Origin: an uncultured Clostridia bacterium
GTDB lineage: Bacteria > Bacillota > Clostridia > Christensenellales > UBA1242
DNA length: 47,999 bases
Direction: 5' to 3'
NCBI GenBank assembly: GCA_944383975.1
Contig: CALWRN010000063.1
Coordinates: 1-47,999 of the forward strand
Part shown: positions 1-9,000 of the stretch, in pieces
Layout: each line of letters opens with the position of its first letter
How positions within the stretch are numbered: position 1 is the stretch's first letter
Program-made: the position numbers and the translations under genes
Notes under the pieces: model-generated
Told to the model about the DNA's origin: nothing
The model's input: only the letters and a program-made list of their open reading frames with translations
Database searches by the model: none

Positions 1-3000
1 CATTAATATCAATACGATTTACAGAGGCTGAAGCATATCCAACTATAGATCCTATGTTTATAGATGGTTTTTCTTGTTCTTCTTTTCCTTCAATACGGAT
101 TGAATTTCTTGTGCTTATAGTAGAGTCATTTATGTAAGTAGTAGAAGCTGTGCCTGTGAATGAGAACTGTGCCTTTGTCTCTCCAATAACAACACCAACA
201 TTAGCATTATTAACTTTTACAGCTCCATTATAGTTTGATGTTTTAAGATCATTTTTATTTAATTTAACATAATCTAGACCATCATCAACTATTTCAAAAT
301 TAATTGAATTTAATTCTGATAATTTTACTGCTCCTCCATTATTAGACCCAATAATACCACCAGCAACCAAGTTTCCTATGCTTAAGTTTGTATTATTTTG
401 TTGATCTACATACAAACCACCTTCAACAGTTGAATTTTGTCCATCAAAATTTAGTGATGGTGAATCTTTTTGTCCAATAAGCAATCCTGAATATAGATTT
501 TGAATGTTAGAATCTCCATTAATAAGGAAATTCAATTTAATATTTATAGTCTTCTCTTCAAATGTTCCTAAGACTCCAAGACCTTCAACTTTTCCGATAT
601 ATCCACCAAGATATAATCCACCATCTGTTGCTGTTTGAGTTACATTACCTAACAATATGTTTGTATCAAGTATTTCACCAGCATTTGACTTAGAAATTAA
701 ATCTGTGATTGTCAATCTTAAATCTTGAGCATTTTCACCAATTTGAGTCTTCCCAAAATAACCACCAACATAATAATTTTTAGCACTTGAATTATTTAAA
801 GAAATTAAATCACTTAATAACTCAAGTTTAATTCCTTCAACCTGCATTATTGAGATTGAACTATTTTGAATTAACTCTCCAGCAATTAACCCTGCATAAA
901 TTTCTTCTTTGTCATTTAATCCATTCAATTGCAATAATGTAAAACTATTTTGAGAGGTTTTTAAAGTCAAATTAGTTATAGAAGAACTTGTTATGCTTGG
1001 TGCTACAACTCCTATTTTTATATTTTCTCCTGTGGTCTTTGTTCCATCTACCATTATTGGAGCTTGAATATCTAAAGTTACATTAGATACATTTATTTCA
1101 GTTGCTGCACTCTTAATCAATAAACCAGCATTTCCCTGTCCATCATCTGTAAGATTAATTACACCATTTTCACCTGTATAGGTTATTGTTAAATCTTCTA
1201 TAGAGAACCCTGTTCCTACACTTGTTATGAAATTGTTTTCTGCAATAATCTTTACATCTTCTTTAGTATTTTCATCTTTATAACCTTGTCCTATAATACG
1301 TCCAGAAAAACCACTTATAGAAGGTATTTCTACACCATACTCTTCTTCTATTGCTTTTAAATTTATGTCTTTATATATATTTTCAGCATTTTCACTTTCA
1401 AGTCCTCTTACAACTACTGTATAATTTGCACCACCAGAAAGCATTGCAAACACTTCCGCAGCATTGTAATAATCAAGATAAATAAAATCAGTAGTTCTTT
1501 GATATTTTATACTTGGGAATAGTTCGTCAGATGGATGCGTCCAGTTTGCTGTCGCCCAAGCACCAGAATTTAAGAAACCTTCTTGAGTATAAGAGTGACC
1601 AGATTCAGCACTATTATATAGACTTGGTGAAGCAATCGCATAAAGATATTCTTGTGTTACACTTTCGTTTTCACTATTTACCATTTGTGCACTATAACCA
1701 TCAAAGACATTTAAAGTGATTTCAAAACCATTTGCTAAATAGTTTTGATAATAACCTATAGAAGGAATATTAACTTGTACAAGGTCTCCACCATCTCCTG
1801 TGCTATCAGAACCTTCTGTATCACTTCCTGCCCCAGCAGTATTTCCGCTAGCTTCTTCTTTTGCTTGCATAAATGTTAAATACATTGAATAATTGTTTCC
1901 ACTAACAACTGAAGAATCTGAATTAATAAAATCTCCAACCATAGAATTTACTTTATAATTGATTGATGCATTTCCTGCAGCTAAAACATTTCCATATTCT
2001 TTAGTTAAATAATTATAAGTTGTGAAATAATTGAATGCATTAACAGCAAGAAGAGAAACTCTGCTTCCTTCCCCTTTAATTGCACCAATTAAACCACCTG
2101 CACGACCAATTTCATTATTTAAGTTTACTCTGACATCGCCTGTTGCATAGGCTTCATTTATAAAATACCTTGTGTAAGATGGTTGAGCAGCTAAATCAGT
2201 ATCAGCTTGATATGATTTTGCATCTACCAAATCCATAATACCAACAAGTCCACCGGCATATCTTGCAGTTGGAGATGTTGCATTTAATTTTGAATAAGAA
2301 ATTTCAAGTTTTCCACTTCCTACATAACCGGCAATTCCACCAATAGCTTCTTGACTGTATTCACCATCTGTGGTGCTGAACAAGTCAAGAATACCTCTTT
2401 CCATTTGAGTGTTGCCCATATAGAAATTAGACATATTGTTTTCAATTTCATTTTGTGTGTTTTCACTATGAACAGAGAATACTCTGCTTAAAGTTCCAAA
2501 GGCTTGACCTACAACACCACCTGCAAAATATTTAGTTGCAATAATGTGAGAAGAATTGCTTGAACTACTTCCATCTATAGTAATACCAGCATCTCTTACA
2601 TGTGTTTGATAGCCTGTTAAACCAAATATACCACCTGCAACTTGTGCTTGTATATTTACTATACCAGAAACTCTTATGTTATTTATTGAATAAGTGTCTG
2701 ATTGATTTATGTTAAATTCTGTGCTTTCAACAACATAATTATCAACAAAACCAATAGCTGCACCAGCATAAGAGTAATTTTGCATATTCTTTATTGTAAG
2801 TGAATTTATTGAAGTGCTATAGTTTAAATCATTTTTAAGCCCTGTTCTAAATGGTGCAAGACCTACAGATGTAAGATAATCACTATCTGTTGAATATGAA
2901 TATCTATCTGCTGTTACTGTTGGTGAGCTTATAGTGATATTTTTAATAATATTATTTCCAAATGTTAAACCAGCAAGTCCACCGGCAAAATTCAAACCAG

Positions 3001-6000
3001 TTACAGAAGAGTTTTCATTAAATATTAAATCTATATTAACTATTGTTGAATCTTTAATATAACCAGCAAGTCCACCTACCATAACAACATCACCAGCTAT
3101 AACTTGATTTAAAGTTATATCTAAGTTAGTTATTATTGGAGTTGAGCCTTTTCTGCTTTCAATTGAAGAGAATAAACCAAATGAAACTCTTGAAGTATCT
3201 GAAGTTATAGAAATTCCAGAAATTTCAAAACCATTTCCATATATAATTCCTGCAAAAGACTTCATAGTAGAAGGTAATACTACAGAATTATCACTAGAAA
3301 TAAGTTTAGATAAGTCAATATCGTCTACCAAACGATAAGTTCCCCAAATCATTTCATCATCAAAATATGCATTAACATATGATGAAGTAGATGTTCCTGT
3401 AACCTCAATGAAATCTTGATAATCAGCAACTAATATAGGGTTTGATTTTGTTCCTAAAGAAGTGTTGATCTCAAGTCCTGTTTCCAAGAATTGTAAAGTT
3501 GAGTAAGGAAGAATATATTTTCCTTGTTCATTTTCTCCAACAATTCCGTCATAATCAGAATTATCATCTAAATAATGAGTATATCTATGAGAGTGTGAAA
3601 TATTATTTGTTTCAATTAATGTTATGCTTGTCTTTGTTTTGCCTTCACTATCAGCGCCAACATTTTCTTTTCTCCATATACCATCATTTTCACCATCAGC
3701 AATTGCAAATCCATAGAAGTTTGATATATCTGATGGGTTTGTAACCATCAATGCACCTGTTCCGAATTGTGATTCAGTTGTTGTATCATTTGTATCTTCA
3801 AAAGATTCATATGCTTTATTAAAGAAATAACAATTTGTATATGTGCCTTCTGCAAGCAAGTTTCCTTCATTATCAACACCAGAGAAGTTCATTTGAGTGA
3901 ATTTAGAATTTGTAATTTGTGATGCTGAATAACAATTTTCAAGCACACCTCTATTTATATATACAAAACCAGAAGCGAGATAAACTCTGCTTGTATCTGT
4001 TGAATTAGATATAAGTATATTTGAATAAGAATCTTTAACATTACCATTGTTAGTGTATATAAATCCAACAACATATCCTAATGTTGATTTAATTGAAGAA
4101 CCTTCTTTTGCATAAACAGAGCGTTCTGCAACTGTGTTAGGAGTATCAACACCTTCAACATAACTTGTAATAATTGAACTGCTGTTGCTTCCAGCAAATC
4201 CTGAAGTATAGAAGTCTGTTGATTGTGACTTGTTATCCATGTCAAGTTGTTTTACAAAAGATGAAGCAATTGCCCCTGCATTTGATAAAACAAATCCTGC
4301 CATATTTCCTTGTCCAACAATATTAAATGTTCCTAATTTTAATGTTGAGGCATAAGTATATCCAATTGGAGAGCCATTCTCTAATTTTTCACTATCTATG
4401 ATTGTGATTGAATCGCCACCAACTCTTGAATTTGTTATGCTTCCTTGATTTGTTAAAACAAAACCAGCAATATTAGATGTCCATTTAGAATTTTGAGTTA
4501 AATATACTTCCTCTGTAGTGTTTCTTCCATTTATATATTTAACATTAATTCCTGTAGGATTATTGTGTAATAAGCAAGAATCAACCATAAGTACATCGCC
4601 CATTTCTCTTTCTTCTGAATAGAATGCAACGACTTCACTATTTGTGATTGTTCCTCTGTTTGTAATTGCAATACCTGCAATATTAATTGAGGTATATCTA
4701 GAAATATCAATTGTAAGTTGTCCACCATTATATAAGTTTACTCTTACATTCTTTAATACTGTGCTGTCTGCAACTGTATTGAATAAAGCAAGATTTAATG
4801 TATTGCTTTCTGGTTCTACATTAAAGCTCTTAATAAATATTGTATAACCATTTCCATCTAAACTTCTAATCATAGAAGAATCAAATGGAGTAAAGTTTTC
4901 AAGAACGATATCGTTTGTTAAGATATAATCATTTTGACTGATTTCATCATAATTTGCAGGGTTTAAGTTCTTAAATTGTGAAGCATTTGAAATTGTTAAA
5001 GGTAAATCAGGGTCAGAGTAAGCCTCTACTGTAACTGTGAAGTGTGTTCTATATTCTGAAGTTAATCCACCTGCAGAAATATATGTTTTAAGAACAAGTT
5101 CTACTGTCGCACCCATTGTTTTACCAACAACTACAACATCGTCCCCGCTTTGTATAAACTCAATAGGACTGTTTTCTACAACTGAAGCATCATTAACATG
5201 AACAAGTTCATTACCATTTATAACATAATAGAGTCTATCCACTAAGGTTTGAGCTACTGGCTCTTTAGTGTTTTCATCATAAACATAGTTTATTAAATAA
5301 TTTGAATTTTTTGCATCTTGTTCATTTGCTGGATAATATAATTTTGTTGCAAAACTATTTCTTGCAGCCATCAATTCACTAACAACATTACTGCTTTCTT
5401 CGTCACTTGCATCATAATTATATTCTTCAGGTATTAAATTATAATTTACATCAAAAGTTTTTGGAACGCCAAGCCATACCTCTATATGATTGTCATCTGA
5501 ATTTGCTATTTCAACATTATTTGTATCAACTTTAAAATCAACTAATACTACAGTGGCAGTTGTAACTTTAGATTCAACAATTCCGTTTAAATCTCTATTA
5601 ACAGTTGCTTGAACATAGAATGTATCGTTTGCTGATTCTGCTACACCTGCAAGAACACTTGCTGATAATGTTGCAGTATAGGTCTTAGTTCCTTTAATCT
5701 CATCAATTATGCCTTCGCTTAAAGAAGAAATATTAATTCCCCTTACATCATCACCGACAACAATAGGAGATTCTACAGTTTGGTCAGCAAGAACAGTTAT
5801 TTCCACTTCAGCAGAAGAGCCTTTTGCTAAATATGCTGTATCTTTTCCATCAACTGTAATAATTGGTTCTTTAAGATAACTGATTGAAAGATAGTAATTT
5901 ACAAAAGTTATTTCATTTCCTTCACTTTCGTTAAATCTAATTGTAAATTTGATTGTGCTATCACTATTAACTGTTGAATTAATCCATAATTTGAAATAGA

Positions 6001-9000
6001 TTACACCTGATTCCTTCTCGTCTGCAGTTGGTGTAAATCTTAATGCAGAACCAACTGTTTGAACATTAGAATCTGTAGCTCTTGCAAATCTATCAGTTCT
6101 TCCATTATAAGGTTTAACAAGTTCAATATTTACTGCGTTTGAAACTGTTGCGCCACTATATGAAATATCCATGTAGTCATAATATGCAAAAGATGGGTTT
6201 ATATTAATTTGTAAAATTGAGCTGTTTCCAGGTGCTAAAACACCAGTTTTTGATCCTGTTTCATGAACAGTTACATATTCATTTCCCTCTTTTGAATAGT
6301 AAGAGTTTGTTATTCTTATGTTGCTTACATCAACATTTGTAAAGTTTTGTTTTGTTATAGTAAGGTCAAAACTTCCATTAGTTGTTCCGTCCCTGCTATC
6401 GTTTCCACTCTTGCTTATGAATGAAACATTAAATACAAAGTCGTCTGATATTCTGTTTTTATAGCTGTTATTTACTGCAAAGTTGACATCGTAAATAAAT
6501 GTATAAACACCATTTTCTGGATTTAAAGGATTTGATACTAATGAAACTCTTGCATCTAAGATATAGTTAGCAGTTCCTTCATCTTTTGGAAGAAGATAAC
6601 TATATAAACTATCTTGTCTTAAGATTGATAATTCTTCATCATTATATCTAACTTGTGGAATTATATAATCGTCTTTATCTGTAGTTTCTATTTGAACTCT
6701 AACTGTTCCATTTGTTGAAGGAGTTATTGGAAGATTATTTCCAGATATTTCAAATGTAATTACACCATCAACAGGGATAATGTTAAAGTTTCTTGCAAAT
6801 GTTTTATTAATTGCATTTTGATATTCTTCTGATTTGAAAATCTTTTCACTTTCACTATCATCATCGCCTACAGTTTGATTTTCAAAAACAACTGCAGATA
6901 AATTAACTTTTGTTTCAACAGATGTGTCATTGGCTGTAAATTTAAATACTTCGTTACTAATTTTCTGATAACTAATCAATGTTTGATTGCTTTCTGTATT
7001 TCCTGAAAGCGTAATTGTCATATTAATATTATCATTTTCAACCAAGTCAAATCTTTGAGCAGTATTTCCAAGAATTACTGAAGTTTTTTCAAAGTTTACA
7101 ATATAATCTCTTGTCTTTGTTTTTTGTAAATATGATAAAGAATCATTCTCTACAACATTTGTATAACCAGATACATCAGTCCAAGAAACAACAATGTCAG
7201 ACATTGCATAAATTACTTTTACATATATTTCTTTATTTATGCTTACGTCTTGCTTAGAAGATAAAGTCAATATAACATCACCAGTTCTATTTACAACTAT
7301 ATCACTTCCAACAATTTTTAAAATGCTTGAAGAAGATGAAGATATAATAATATTTCTGCTGATATTATCTTGTCCAACAAGTTCTGCTAAACTTATTGTA
7401 TTTAACTCATTTATATCATTTTGTTCAGAAGTTGTTAAATCATTAGGATTATCTTTTAATTTATAATTAAATAATATTCCTTGATTACCACTAACACCAA
7501 TAGCCTTATAATATCCATTTGTGAATGTGGTATCAGTTGTTTGTATGCTATAACCTGAAACATCGCTTACTTTTTCATCTTGATATAAATCTTTTAAGTG
7601 AGCTTTTCCATTATTTACATAACTTAAGAAACCAGTTTCGCCCTCTTCAACATAATTATCATTGATCATTACATCATCTGGTAAATATAATGTTGTATAG
7701 ACATTCACTGCATAATAACCAATGTATGAATTTGTAATTTTTACCTTTTCATTTTCATTTACATAACCGAAATATGGATTACCTTCGTTTAAAACTGAGA
7801 ATGAATAGTCAATTTTTGTAACATCTGGGGTTGTATCATCAACAGCACCAGCAAAGTTTCCTGTTTGAGCGCTTGATGCATAACCAATTAAAACGCTTCC
7901 ACTATCGCTTGAGATATTATAATCATAAACATATGATCTTTCTATAGTTGAACCATTAAGAATTTTACCTACAAGTCCACCTACAGTATAACCTGTAAAT
8001 GTATTTGCAATATACTTATCATCTTCTGTTGTAGAATTTCTGTTTGCAAGTTTGTAAAATTCAACTACAGCCCCTCTAATAATTCCGGCATTTTGTCCTG
8101 CAATTCCACCTACGAATGTATCGTTATATGGAACATCTATTGTAAGTCCAAGAACACGAGAATTTTCAATTAAAGAGTTGTTGATTCCAGCAATTCCACC
8201 TACATTTGGAACATTTCCATTAGTTATAGTAAGTGTGCTTGAATAAATATCATCAACATCAACTGTAACATTAGAGATTGTTCCTTCGTTGTTACCAACT
8301 ACGAAGCCTGCGTTATTTGTAACATTTCCAGAGAATGTAATATTTCTTATAGTCGCACCTTGTGCAAGAAGGTCTGTGAAGTTGTAACCATTTAATTTAA
8401 CTGTAACATCACTGCTATAGCCTTGAAGACCACCACTAAATGTCATTCTATAGTTTTCATTGCCTAAAGAAGCCCCTGTCAAATCAATACTATTCATTAC
8501 TGTATAATATAGATCTGATTTCATTCCTACAAATCCGCTTGCATCATAAATTCTATAAGCATGTTCAAAACTTCTTCCGTCAGCTACTGTTACCTTGATT
8601 TTTAAGAGAACATCAGCAAAACTTATATTTTTTTCACTATCAGCACTTGTTATTGATTTAAAATAACCCTCTTCAACAAGATATTCATACCATGTTTGTT
8701 GAGTTGAAACATCTTTGATTGTGCCTAAAGCTGTAACTGAAATTGAACTGCTTTTTTCTTTGTCGTTATCTAAATAATAGTATTTTATAGCATTATTGTA
8801 AATTGCATCTTCAGGTAAAACATAAATGTAGCCAATCATTCCTTCATTTATCATTGAAGGCAAGTTAACTGCCAATGTATTTGCAGAATAATTGCTTGAT
8901 ACACTTACAAAATCAGTTGTATATCCACCATTTTCATCAGTAACAATATATGCCATATTGTTATTCTTTGCATTTGTTGGTGAAGTTTGAAGCAACATAT

